Positions 1 through 7,495 of a stretch of DNA of 9,527 nucleotides are shown here, in pieces. The stretch lies in the IMG/VR virus record IMGVR_UViG_2648501334_000004, positions 1 through 9,527 of that record; one strand, 5' to 3'. Under the pieces are notes generated by a model. The model was not told the origin of the DNA. It did not search any database and saw only the letters and a program-made list of their open reading frames with translations. Within the stretch, counting starts at the first letter, position 1, and each line of letters opens with the position of its first letter. Position numbers and translations under genes: made by a program. The DNA is from a virus. Its lineage: Duplodnaviria > Heunggongvirae > Uroviricota > Caudoviricetes.

Positions 1-827
1 TCTGGGATTGCTTCCAGAGCTTCCTGTGCAATGACACCAGCATAGGGCATACCGTTTTCTTTAAGCGTGTATGTATAGCCGTTCATTTTACGGATGCGGT
101 CGGTTGCATTATCGATCACCTGAATGTTGTCTTTCAGATCCCGGTCGGAATGCTGGTTAAATGCGGTGGCATGACATGCACCATTAACGCTTAACATATA
201 GGTGTTATCGGTATTTTTCTGCGCATAGAACATATAAGCGCCACCATCAGCACCAACTTCATATACAACCGGACGGGTAGAGTTACCCCACAAACTAGTA
301 GTAGCGCCAGAATGAGCGGTTCCCTGTGTGTTGATTGTCATGGTTGACCCATGATTGGCATATTTGATTTGTAATGTGTCTGTGCAGTCAAACTTAATAA
401 GCGCGTTACTTCCCCGCACACCATACGACATGAGACAGTTCCCCATCTTAAGGTAACCATCACTGCCTGGAAAAATTAATGTTCCACCGTAAAGATCGCT
501 AAAATCCCAAAAGATACCTTTTGTTCCATTGTGTGTGACAATCCTTGTCATTGTATCTTTTGTACCGTCAATATTTTTTCTAGTGTACATCTCACTATAA
601 GCGTTTTCGGTTTCTCCTGTCTTATTTGACAAGTGAATCTTACCGCTAAATATAGTTCCAGTGGTCGGCAATGTCTTTTGATCATAGATTACATTGCAAT
701 AACTATTCCATGTTGTTTTATTGTCTACATATGATTTTGTTGCGTAGCTTCCTTGATCGTTTTTTAATTTGCTAACGTCGGATTTTAGCGTTTTGATGTC
801 TTCAGGAATTACTGTCGATGTAGCCAT
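1..827 (-). CDS. Tail fiber / tailspike-like receptor-binding protein with a C-terminal peptidase S74 (endosialidase-type intramolecular chaperone) domain; partial, C-terminus lies beyond the left window edge
   Basis: Manual translation of the minus strand from ATG at 827..825 gives 275 codons with no stop before position 1 (MATSTVIPEDIKTLKSDVSKLKND...AFNQHSDRDLKDNIQVIDNATDRIRKMNGYTYTLKENGMPYAGVIAQEALEAIP). It is absent from the ORF track because it has no in-window stop. SD-like GAGGAAG lies 5 nt upstream of the ATG and overlaps the upstream TGA. From residue ~227 there is an S-D-x-x-x-K ... NI ... G-Y-x-Y ... G-V-I-A-Q-E pattern matching the catalytic Ser/Lys spacing and downstream consensus of S74 auto-cleaving chaperone domains (recalled, not searched). 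AT-rich composition. Confidence 0.7.
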   Translation of the reverse strand, partial: MATSTVIPEDIKTLKSDVSKLKNDQGSYATKSYVDNKTTWNSYCNVIYDQKTLPTTGTIFSGKIHLSNKTGETENAYSEMYTRKNIDGTKDTMTRIVTHNGTKGIFWDFSDLYGGTLIFPGSDGYLKMGNCLMSYGVRGSNALIKFDCTDTLQIKYANHGSTMTINTQGTAHSGATTSLWGNSTRPVVYEVGADGGAYMFYAQKNTDNTYMLSVNGACHATAFNQHSDRDLKDNIQVIDNATDRIRKMNGYTYTLKENGMPYAGVIAQEALEAIP

Positions 828-836
828 TTTTCTTCC

Positions 837-1118
837 TCACATCCAGCCACGAAGTTGATGCTCAACAGCAACCACGTATTCATCGAATAATGACGATATT
901 TGCGAATCATTAATGATGCGCACATTTACAAAATATCCGTCCTCCTTAACACATACCGGCTCGCCATCTTCAGTAAGTTCTCCGGTTTCTTTGTACACAT
1001 TACCTATCACGTCAATAAGAATATCATCCTGCATCGACTCGTCATCATAATAGCCAATGCTCTCCATAAAGGCCGAAAAGTCGGCCCTGTCTGCAAATTT
1101 GAGTGTTAAATCTTTCAT
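837..1118 (-). CDS. Hypothetical small acidic protein (93 aa); possible tail-fiber accessory, adaptor or chaperone
   Basis: ORF with ATG at 1118..1116 immediately abutting the stf stop (TAA at 1121..1119), and a stop (TGA 839..837) 9 nt before the next ATG. Co-oriented with the flanking fiber genes. Strongly acidic (about 21 D/E versus 7 K/R by count). No resemblance I can recognise to lambda Tfa. Confidence 0.6.
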   Translation of the reverse strand: MKDLTLKFADRADFSAFMESIGYYDDESMQDDILIDVIGNVYKETGELTEDGEPVCVKEDGYFVNVRIINDSQISSLFDEYVVAVEHQLRGWM

Positions 1119-3308
1119 TTAATACTCACCAATGAATTTTCGAACATCAGTTCGACCAGCAAACACACTAGAAACGTAAGTACTTGTCGACGCTTTATAA
1201 GTTTGCATATAAAGCTGACCGTAATATTTCTCAGTTGTGTTAAAAGCGTATGTAATTGACTCAATAGGTGGCACACCAGAAAAATCAAAAATACGCGGTG
1301 CTACATTAGGAGGAATATCGCCCCAATTTCTATTAACCTCGACAAGACACGTAAGCGGTCTATTATAGATATTATTTTCAGTTGGGATCGTCACCATATC
1401 ACTGGAGCGGGTTGCGGGTGCAGTTGTCGTAATAACAAAAGATGAAGCACATCCGCCGTTTTCAAATTGTGGTGTTGCAAGGTAAATATAATCTCCCGCT
1501 TCAGTTATACCACCTTTTTTCGGCGCATACTGAATCATTGCGCCAATTAAGGTTTCACCTTCAACAGCTTCTATAGTTGCCTCATAGAAAATCCACCCTG
1601 TAACCGGATCTTTAGTTGCAGTAGCTGCTATTCTATTGGCTGCTCCGCCAGTTTTTTCTATTATCAGAGTTCCGAAAGTTAAATAAGCATCTCCTAAAAA
1701 TGTATAAACCGACCCATCGTATTTTTCAAAACGCAAACGACAACGAAGACCATCAGGAGCTTTAACCCTGCATGAAACAGTGCAATACTTATTATCGCCA
1801 CTAACATCAATCCCCCGGGATGCACTGCATGTATGCAGACTAAGTGCAGATGATTGTCCTGTCATATTATCTTTTGTTCGCATTTTGGCATATGAAAAAC
1901 CAAATTCATCAACACCATTATTAGTTTTATCGATATTGCTGGTACTCGTCCATTCAGCGGGAGTATTGGATTTAACAAAATAGTTAGTGCGCTGTCCTTC
2001 AATCAATAAACCTTCTTTTTCAAATCGTGGCTCATCAATTTTAGCAACACTAAATACGCCTGATTTATTGATATATGTGGCAGTTGATGCGCGTTTAAAC
2101 TTAACAACCTTGTCGCCAGGCATCGTTATTTCATCATCACCAATAACAATTTTTTTATATGACGGCGAAAAGCCCGTAATCATATCCAGTGAATCATTAA
2201 ACGGTATCCACACATCAGGCAGTGGCTGTAAGACATATTTATACGGCTCTGCTGCCTGACTTGCATACTCTCTGGCTGCGTCTTCACTTGCTTTAGCTGC
2301 TGTCTGGCTTGCTGCCGATGCTTTCGCCGAGTTCGCCGCTGCAGTCTCGCTTGTCTTTGCATTGGTTTCACTGGTTTTTGCTGCTTTTTGACTGTTGGCT
2401 GATGCAGTGGCAGAAGCAGCCGCCGCGCTTGCAGAACCAGCTGCAGCACTCTCGCTTTGGGCTGCTGCATCCTGACTGTTTTTCGCCGCAGTTTCGCTGG
2501 CTTTGGCATTCGTTTCGCTGGTCTTCGCTGCCGTCTGGCTGGACTTTGCGTTAGTTTCACTCGTCTTCGCAGCTTTCTGGCTGTTAGCCGCAGCAGTTGC
2601 TGATCCAGCTGCTGAAGTCGCAGAACCGGCTGCCGCGCTCTCGCTTTGGGCTGCTGCAACCTGGCTGTTTTTTGCCGCAGTTTCACTGGCTTTGGCATTC
2701 GTTTCGCTGGTTTTCGCTGCCGTCTGGCTGGACTTTGCGTTGGTTTCGCTCGTCTTTGCGGCTGTCTCGCTATTTTTCGCGTTGGTTTCTGATTTTTTGG
2801 CTGCTGTCGCGGAGTTTGCCGATGCAGTCTTTGAGGTCGCTGCCGCCTGTGCACTATTAGCTGCATTCGTTTCTGAGGTTTTCGCCGCGTTCTTCGATGA
2901 TGCCGCTGCAGTTTCGGATTTCTTTGCCGCCGCTGCGCTCTGAGAGGCGGCTTCAGCGTTGCGTGCCGCTTCTTCCACCATTTCCTCAAAACGACGCAAT
3001 GCCTCCGGCATGACATCATCTTCCGTCATGGCACCGAGAAAATCATTCAGCGTCCCCGGCTTAGAATCTTCATACACGGTGATGGTCCCGGCATGTGAAG
3101 GCGGAAAACCTTCAACCAGCAGGGTGACGCTGTACTGGCCATACTCAACATCCATGCTGTAACGTCCGGCTTCATCCGGATTTTCAGAAGCCACCGTGTT
3201 CACCAGTACCGTGGTGCTGTTACGCTTTGCCTTCAGTTGAATAGTGCAGTTCTGTATTGGTTTTCCCGCACCATCTTTCAGCACACCTGAGATTTTTACT
3301 GCTGCCAT
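1119..3308 (-). CDS. stf: Side tail fiber protein Stf: conserved lambda-like N-terminal region, Ala/Ser/Thr-rich repeat shaft, and a divergent low-GC distal domain
   Basis: N-terminus MAAVKISGVLKDG...GRYSMDVEYGQYSV...FPPSHAGTITVYED matches the lambdoid Stf N-terminal family (recalled). The track start at 3314 is a GTG; the ATG at 3308..3306 has GGAG 5 nt upstream and is taken as the start. Position directly downstream of lom as in lambda. Stop TAA at 1121..1119. Confidence 0.9.
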   Translation of the reverse strand: MAAVKISGVLKDGAGKPIQNCTIQLKAKRNSTTVLVNTVASENPDEAGRYSMDVEYGQYSVTLLVEGFPPSHAGTITVYEDSKPGTLNDFLGAMTEDDVMPEALRRFEEMVEEAARNAEAASQSAAAAKKSETAAASSKNAAKTSETNAANSAQAAATSKTASANSATAAKKSETNAKNSETAAKTSETNAKSSQTAAKTSETNAKASETAAKNSQVAAAQSESAAAGSATSAAGSATAAANSQKAAKTSETNAKSSQTAAKTSETNAKASETAAKNSQDAAAQSESAAAGSASAAAASATASANSQKAAKTSETNAKTSETAAANSAKASAASQTAAKASEDAAREYASQAAEPYKYVLQPLPDVWIPFNDSLDMITGFSPSYKKIVIGDDEITMPGDKVVKFKRASTATYINKSGVFSVAKIDEPRFEKEGLLIEGQRTNYFVKSNTPAEWTSTSNIDKTNNGVDEFGFSYAKMRTKDNMTGQSSALSLHTCSASRGIDVSGDNKYCTVSCRVKAPDGLRCRLRFEKYDGSVYTFLGDAYLTFGTLIIEKTGGAANRIAATATKDPVTGWIFYEATIEAVEGETLIGAMIQYAPKKGGITEAGDYIYLATPQFENGGCASSFVITTTAPATRSSDMVTIPTENNIYNRPLTCLVEVNRNWGDIPPNVAPRIFDFSGVPPIESITYAFNTTEKYYGQLYMQTYKASTSTYVSSVFAGRTDVRKFIGEY
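2265..2954 (-). repeat. In-frame coding low-complexity repeat region of stf (KTSETNAK / AAKxSETxA-type units), containing a 189-bp (63-codon) tandem duplication at roughly 2358..2770
   Basis: DNA strings recur at an offset of exactly 189 nt, e.g. ctcgctttggg at 2451 and 2640, and gctgccgtctggctggactttgcg at 2527 and 2716. At protein level, KSSQTAAKTSETNAKASETAAKNSQ(V/D)AAAQSESAAAGSA... occurs twice in tandem with a few substitutions. Confidence 0.85.
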
Positions 3309-3319
3309 ATCCACTCCAC

Positions 3320-3346
3320 AAAAAAGCCCGCCTGAACCGGCGGGCT
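3320..3346 (-). terminator. Rho-independent terminator downstream of lom (minus-strand transcript)
   Basis: Minus-strand RNA reads AGCCCGCC-GGUUCA-GGCGGGCU followed by UUUUUU: an 8-bp GC-rich stem (3326-3332 pairing with 3339-3345, plus A3325/T3346) with a 6-nt loop and a 6-U tract (complement of A3320-A3325). It lies 27 nt after the lom stop and immediately before the stf RBS. Confidence 0.75.
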
Positions 3347-3372
3347 GTCATAACACTGTGTTACCTGGCTAA

Positions 3373-3972
3373 TCAGAACTTATAACCGACACCCACGATG
3401 AAACCGTCAGTGCGCCAGTCGCCACTGCCGGAGCCTTCATAAGCAATATCAATGGCCACGGATTCGGTCGGGTTAAACTGCACGCCAGCTCCCCACGCCA
3501 GAGACGTGTTGCTGTGGCGATCGTCATCACTTCCGGTCAGCACATCGTGCGTTTTCCCCTTGTTGTCAGTTACGCGGAGATAATCCCCGGAGAACGTCGA
3601 AACACGGCTGTAAGCCACACCTGCCATCGCATAAGCACTGAACCATTCATTCACGCGTACAGATGGCCCCGCCATCATGCTGAACCAGCGGTTACGCACT
3701 GAATCTTCATGCCAGCGGGTATCGCTGTAATGCGTTCTTTGCTCATCTTTGGCATTGGCATAACTGAATGACGTCACCAGCCCCAGCGTGTCCGTAAATT
3801 CATAACGGTATTTCACGTTAATGCCCTTCAGGTCATCACTGCCTGGCATATCAGTATGGGTCTGAAGATACCCGGCGCTTAGTGTGGACTGATGCTCTGC
3901 TGCGCTCGCTGGCGTACCAGCGGCAACCAGCCAGACTACTGCGGACAGAATAACAGCACATAATTTACGCAT
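3373..3972 (-). CDS. lom: Lom outer-membrane protein (Ail/Lom/PagC family beta-barrel), a lysogenic-conversion moron
   Basis: 199-aa ORF with a signal-peptide-like N-terminus (MRKLCAVILSAVVWLVAAGTPASA) and a C-terminal aromatic residue (…GVGYKF) typical of outer-membrane beta-barrels. Sequence closely resembles lambda Lom (recalled). Sits between J and stf as in lambda. ATG at 3972 with GAGAGG 6 nt upstream. Confidence 0.9.
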   Translation of the reverse strand: MRKLCAVILSAVVWLVAAGTPASAAEHQSTLSAGYLQTHTDMPGSDDLKGINVKYRYEFTDTLGLVTSFSYANAKDEQRTHYSDTRWHEDSVRNRWFSMMAGPSVRVNEWFSAYAMAGVAYSRVSTFSGDYLRVTDNKGKTHDVLTGSDDDRHSNTSLAWGAGVQFNPTESVAIDIAYEGSGSGDWRTDGFIVGVGYKF

Positions 3973-3995
3973 AATTACCTCTCGCTTTTCTGCAA

Positions 3996-4020
3996 TAAAA
4001 AAGGCACCATTTCTGGTGCC
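3996..4020 (-). terminator. Rho-independent terminator downstream of J (tJ-like)
   Basis: Minus-strand RNA reads GGCACCA-GAAA-UGGUGCC followed by UUUUUUAUU: a 7-bp stem (4003-4009 pairing with 4014-4020) with a 4-nt loop and a U tract. It lies 19 nt after the J stop and about 23 nt before the lom ATG. Confidence 0.7.
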
Positions 4021-4039
4021 CGTATCTGGGTTATAAAAT

Positions 4040-7000
4040 TCAGCTAATCGTGATGCCTGCAGTGGCTTTCTTCATCACAACAACCAGCAAATCGCTGATA
4101 CTTGCTGTGGGATACCAGCCATTTACCAGCCATGCTGACACCGAAAACTCCAGTGTCATGTGACCGTGACCGGCAGGCATATCAATAACGCCACTGTAAA
4201 TCAGCGTATTATCCAGCGCGGTACGGTTATAAATTTCAGCACCGTTTTTCCGCACTATCAGACGGCATGAGGAGTAAATATCAGTATGCTCTCTCTCATG
4301 CTTAGCGCCACTGAATGCCACCGCCGGAATAACAATTTGCCGGTCAAACGGCTGATCGTCATAAACCCTGACGGTAATGGTCCCTGATGGCCACCGCTCC
4401 GGTGCTCGGGAGTCACGGGGGAAAGCTTTGCCCACTGTTTTAACGAGATCGCCTTCAATCTGGTTCGCGGACAGTTTTCCCAGAACCCGGCAGTTCTCGT
4501 TAATCGTGACGTTGTTGAGCGTCCCGGAGTTCGCATTCACGTTACCGCTGATATCGGCATTTTTCGCCGTCAGCCGCCCGTCCGGTGTCAGGGAAAATGC
4601 CGGAGGATTACCGCCGCTGGTAATGGTGGGAGCCGTCAGATATTTCAGGAACACTTCGTTCATGAATATCTGATTGCCCTGCGCCACAAACATCGGCGTT
4701 TCATTCCCGTTTGCCGGGTCAATAAATGCGATACGGTTAGCGGCAACCAGGAACTGGCTCAGTTTGCCTTCCTCCGTGTCCTCCATGCTGAGGCCAAGCC
4801 CCGCGACATAATGTTTGCCGTCTTTGGTCTGCTCAATTTTGACAGCCCACATGGCATTCCACTTATCGTTGGCGTCCTTCCACTCTTTCGAAAACTCCTC
4901 CAGTCTGCTGGCGTTATCCTCCGTCAGCTCGACTTTTTCCAGCAGCTCCTTGCCGAGATGGGATTCGGTTATCTTGCCTTTGAAAAAATCCAGGTAACCT
5001 TCCGCATCATCGCTCGCCCGACCGACAGCCTCCACGAATATCGATTTGCCGACGGTGTTCACACTGCGAACGTAAAAATAATAATCATGGCCCGGTTTGA
5101 TATTGATACTGGCGGCTATCCAGTACAGCGCCGTGCCAAGATAACGCGCGCTGGTTTCAACCTGCCTGATATCCGCAATCCGATTTTCCGAGAACCAGAA
5201 CTCAAACTGTACCGTCGGATCATAAACCGCAAGATGCGGCGTGGCAGTTATCTGAAAATAGCCCGGCGTCAGCTCAATCCGCGATGGCGCTGCCGGTGCG
5301 GCAATCCGGAACGATACCGACGCCGGATCGCCCTGCTGCCCCCACGCATTTACCGCCCGGACTGTCAGACTGTAATTTCCCAGAGCCAGCTGCCTGAAGC
5401 GGTATGTGGTTTCCGTCGTCCGGGCCGTGCTGACCAGCCGCTCACTGCCGTCATCCGCTGCCACGGTCAGGCGAAGCATAAAGCTCACGCCCTTCACCAC
5501 CTTCGGCGTATCCCAGCGCGCCAGCACCTGGTATTCCCCGCTGTCTGCGGTGACTTCGGCGGTCAGGTGCTGCACCGCTGGCGGCGTGACACCATTCACC
5601 GTGCCGCTCTGGTCGCCGTCAAAGTGCGCCCCGTTATCCACGATGGCTTCTTTTTCCGGTACATGCTGCACGGCAGTGATGGCATACGTGCCGTCATCGT
5701 TCTCACGGATACTCACACAGCGGAACAGGCGCTGGCGCAGCGTCGGCAGCTTCAGCCCCCACACGCTGTATTCGGCAACGCCGTCAGGAACCCGACTCAC
5801 TTTCACCTTCACGCCGTCGGTGACGGACTGAACCTCCACGCTGACCGGACTCCCCTGCCCGTCAACCAGGCTTATCAGCGTGGTACCGGAGGATGGCAGC
5901 GTGATTTCACGGTCGAGCGTCAGCGTCCGGGTCTGGCTGTTCACCGCCAGCACGCGCCCGCCAATGCTGATCCCCGCATAGTCATCATCGCAGATTTCAA
6001 TAACATCACCCGGTACATGGCGAAGCCCTTCTGCGCCGACGCTGAAATCCACGGTCTGCGTTTCCAGCAGTTCTGTTTTAATCAGCCACAGCCCGGCGCG
6101 GTGTGCCTGCCCCCGGCTGGTACAGCCAAAGGCATCCATCTTCGTGACGTTACGACCGTAACGGGCAATGGCCTGCGTGTCCTCCACAAGCTCTGTCGCC
6201 GTCTCCCAGCCGTTATTCGGGTCAATCCAGTTCACCTCAACGGCATTATGACGGTCCTTCAGGGCGCTGAAGCTGTAGCGGAACGGCGCGCCATCATCCG
6301 GCATCGCCACATTACTGCGGTTATAGGTCCACACCTTATCCGATGGCCGGTCCTGCACGAACGTCAGCGTCTGCCCGTTCCATACCGGCATACAGCGCAT
6401 CGCCGAGCAGAAATCACTGAGCACATCCCACGCCTTGCGCTGCGTGGTCAGCCAGGCATTACAGGTGATGCGCGGCTCCGTGCCACCAAAGCCATCCGGC
6501 ACCGACTGGTCGCAATTCTGGCCGATGACATACAGCGCCCATTTGTCCACATCCGCCGCACCGAGACGCTTCCCCATGCCGTAGCGCGGATGGGTCAGCA
6601 TATCCCACAGACACCAGGCCATGTTGTTGCTGTATGCCGGTTTAAACGTTCCGTCCCAGATACCGCTGTATTGCCGCGTCTGCGGGTTATAGTTCGACGG
6701 CACCTGCAGAATGCGCCCGCGAAGATGATAATTACGGCTCACCTGCTGGCTGCCGAACTGCTCCGAATCCACCTGTACGCCGACCAGTGCCGTGTTCGGG
6801 TAGCCCTGTTTCACATCGATGATTTCGGTGTATGACGACCAGAGCGTTTTGTTCTGCAGCTGGTCTGTGGTGCTGTCCGGCGTCATCCTGCGCATCCGGA
6901 TATTAAACGGGCGCGGCGGCAGGTTATCCACCACCACCGAGGCCAGATACTGCGAGGTGGTTTTGCCCTTAATGGTGATGTCTTTTTCTGTCACCCAGCC

Positions 7001-7435
7001 ACCGTTACGCTGTATCTGAACCAGCAGGCGGACTTCCGATGGATTCCTGTCCCCCTTTGAGGTGGTTTCCACCAGTGCCTGCACACCGAAGGTAAAGCGC
7101 AGACGGTCGATGTTTGCCGACGTGATGGTCCGGGTGATCGGCGTGTCATATTTCACTTCCGTACCCAGCACCGTCTCGGAACCGGAGGATTCAAATCCCT
7201 CCGGCGGTGTCTGCTCCTGCTCACCTGCCCGGAACACCACCGTGACACCGGAGATGTTGGTATTCCCCTCACTGTCCAGCACCGGTGTACTGTTCAGCAG
7301 CACGCTTTTTAATCCATCCACCGGACCTTCAATCGGCCCTTCGCTGATGGCATCGATCACACTCAGTAACTGCGTGGATTTCAGGTTATCCTTCGCTTCG
7401 CGCGGGGTATGCCCCTTACTGCTGCCTTTACCCAT
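4040..7435 (-). CDS. J: Tail tip attachment / host specificity protein J (central tail fiber)
   Basis: 1131-aa ORF; N-terminus [44 protein letters not shown] and most of the body match lambda gpJ (about 1132 aa, recalled). ATG at 7435 with GGAG 8 nt upstream. The last ~150 aa look divergent from lambda J as I recall it. Confidence 0.95.
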   Translation of the reverse strand: MGKGSSKGHTPREAKDNLKSTQLLSVIDAISEGPIEGPVDGLKSVLLNSTPVLDSEGNTNISGVTVVFRAGEQEQTPPEGFESSGSETVLGTEVKYDTPITRTITSANIDRLRFTFGVQALVETTSKGDRNPSEVRLLVQIQRNGGWVTEKDITIKGKTTSQYLASVVVDNLPPRPFNIRMRRMTPDSTTDQLQNKTLWSSYTEIIDVKQGYPNTALVGVQVDSEQFGSQQVSRNYHLRGRILQVPSNYNPQTRQYSGIWDGTFKPAYSNNMAWCLWDMLTHPRYGMGKRLGAADVDKWALYVIGQNCDQSVPDGFGGTEPRITCNAWLTTQRKAWDVLSDFCSAMRCMPVWNGQTLTFVQDRPSDKVWTYNRSNVAMPDDGAPFRYSFSALKDRHNAVEVNWIDPNNGWETATELVEDTQAIARYGRNVTKMDAFGCTSRGQAHRAGLWLIKTELLETQTVDFSVGAEGLRHVPGDVIEICDDDYAGISIGGRVLAVNSQTRTLTLDREITLPSSGTTLISLVDGQGSPVSVEVQSVTDGVKVKVSRVPDGVAEYSVWGLKLPTLRQRLFRCVSIRENDDGTYAITAVQHVPEKEAIVDNGAHFDGDQSGTVNGVTPPAVQHLTAEVTADSGEYQVLARWDTPKVVKGVSFMLRLTVAADDGSERLVSTARTTETTYRFRQLALGNYSLTVRAVNAWGQQGDPASVSFRIAAPAAPSRIELTPGYFQITATPHLAVYDPTVQFEFWFSENRIADIRQVETSARYLGTALYWIAASINIKPGHDYYFYVRSVNTVGKSIFVEAVGRASDDAEGYLDFFKGKITESHLGKELLEKVELTEDNASRLEEFSKEWKDANDKWNAMWAVKIEQTKDGKHYVAGLGLSMEDTEEGKLSQFLVAANRIAFIDPANGNETPMFVAQGNQIFMNEVFLKYLTAPTITSGGNPPAFSLTPDGRLTAKNADISGNVNANSGTLNNVTINENCRVLGKLSANQIEGDLVKTVGKAFPRDSRAPERWPSGTITVRVYDDQPFDRQIVIPAVAFSGAKHEREHTDIYSSCRLIVRKNGAEIYNRTALDNTLIYSGVIDMPAGHGHMTLEFSVSAWLVNGWYPTASISDLLVVVMKKATAGITIS

Positions 7436-7457
7436 TCGTCATGCTCCATAAACGACA

Positions 7458-7477
7458 AAACCGCCCGGAGGCGGTTT
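7458..7477 (-). other. Stem-loop in the I-J intergenic region (possible weak attenuator or translational-control hairpin)
   Basis: AAACCGCC / GGCGGTTT inverted repeat (8 bp) with a 4-nt loop. On the minus-strand RNA it is followed by UGUCGUUUAU, which is not a clean U tract, and lies about 20 nt upstream of the J ATG. Confidence 0.3.
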
Positions 7478-7495
7478 CACATAAAACATTTTGCA

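Noticed and set aside
900-1109. 69-aa plus-strand ORF
   Set aside because: Fully nested antisense to the 93-aa minus-strand gene, which continues the co-oriented, translationally coupled gene string. No RBS seen.
1-1118. Diversity-generating retroelement acting on the fiber C-terminus
   Set aside because: No reverse-transcriptase ORF and no template-repeat / variable-repeat pair is visible in the window. Cannot be excluded for sequence beyond the left edge.
2503-2943. 146-aa hydrophobic (A/F/L/V-rich) ORF on the plus strand, plus the neighbouring 81-aa and 87-aa plus-strand ORFs
   Set aside because: Antisense to the stf repeat region; the internal repetition mirrors the stf tandem duplication. 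Not independent genes.
2265-2954. Possible CRISPR array or non-coding satellite, because of the regular repeats
   Set aside because: The repeats are in-frame coding sequence within stf (period 189 nt, a multiple of 3, giving Ala/Ser/Thr-rich peptide repeats). There is no spacer-repeat architecture and no cas genes.
2180-3019. 279-aa Arg/Gln-rich ORF on the minus strand, in an alternative frame within stf
   Set aside because: It is produced by reading the Ala-rich repeat array (GCx-rich codons) out of frame. Stf's own frame has conserved N-terminal sequence and the correct start context.
3309-3314. Upstream GTG start for stf (track start 3314)
   Set aside because: The ATG at 3308 has a GGAG Shine-Dalgarno at proper spacing and yields the MAAVKISG... 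N-terminus typical of Stf; the GTG extension would begin inside that RBS.
4811-6835. 674-aa ORF on the plus strand
   Set aside because: It lies entirely antisense to J, which is a confident full-length match to lambda gpJ. The product is Arg/Pro-rich and low-complexity, as expected from a GC-rich antisense frame, with no recognisable RBS or domains. Antisense-frame artifact.
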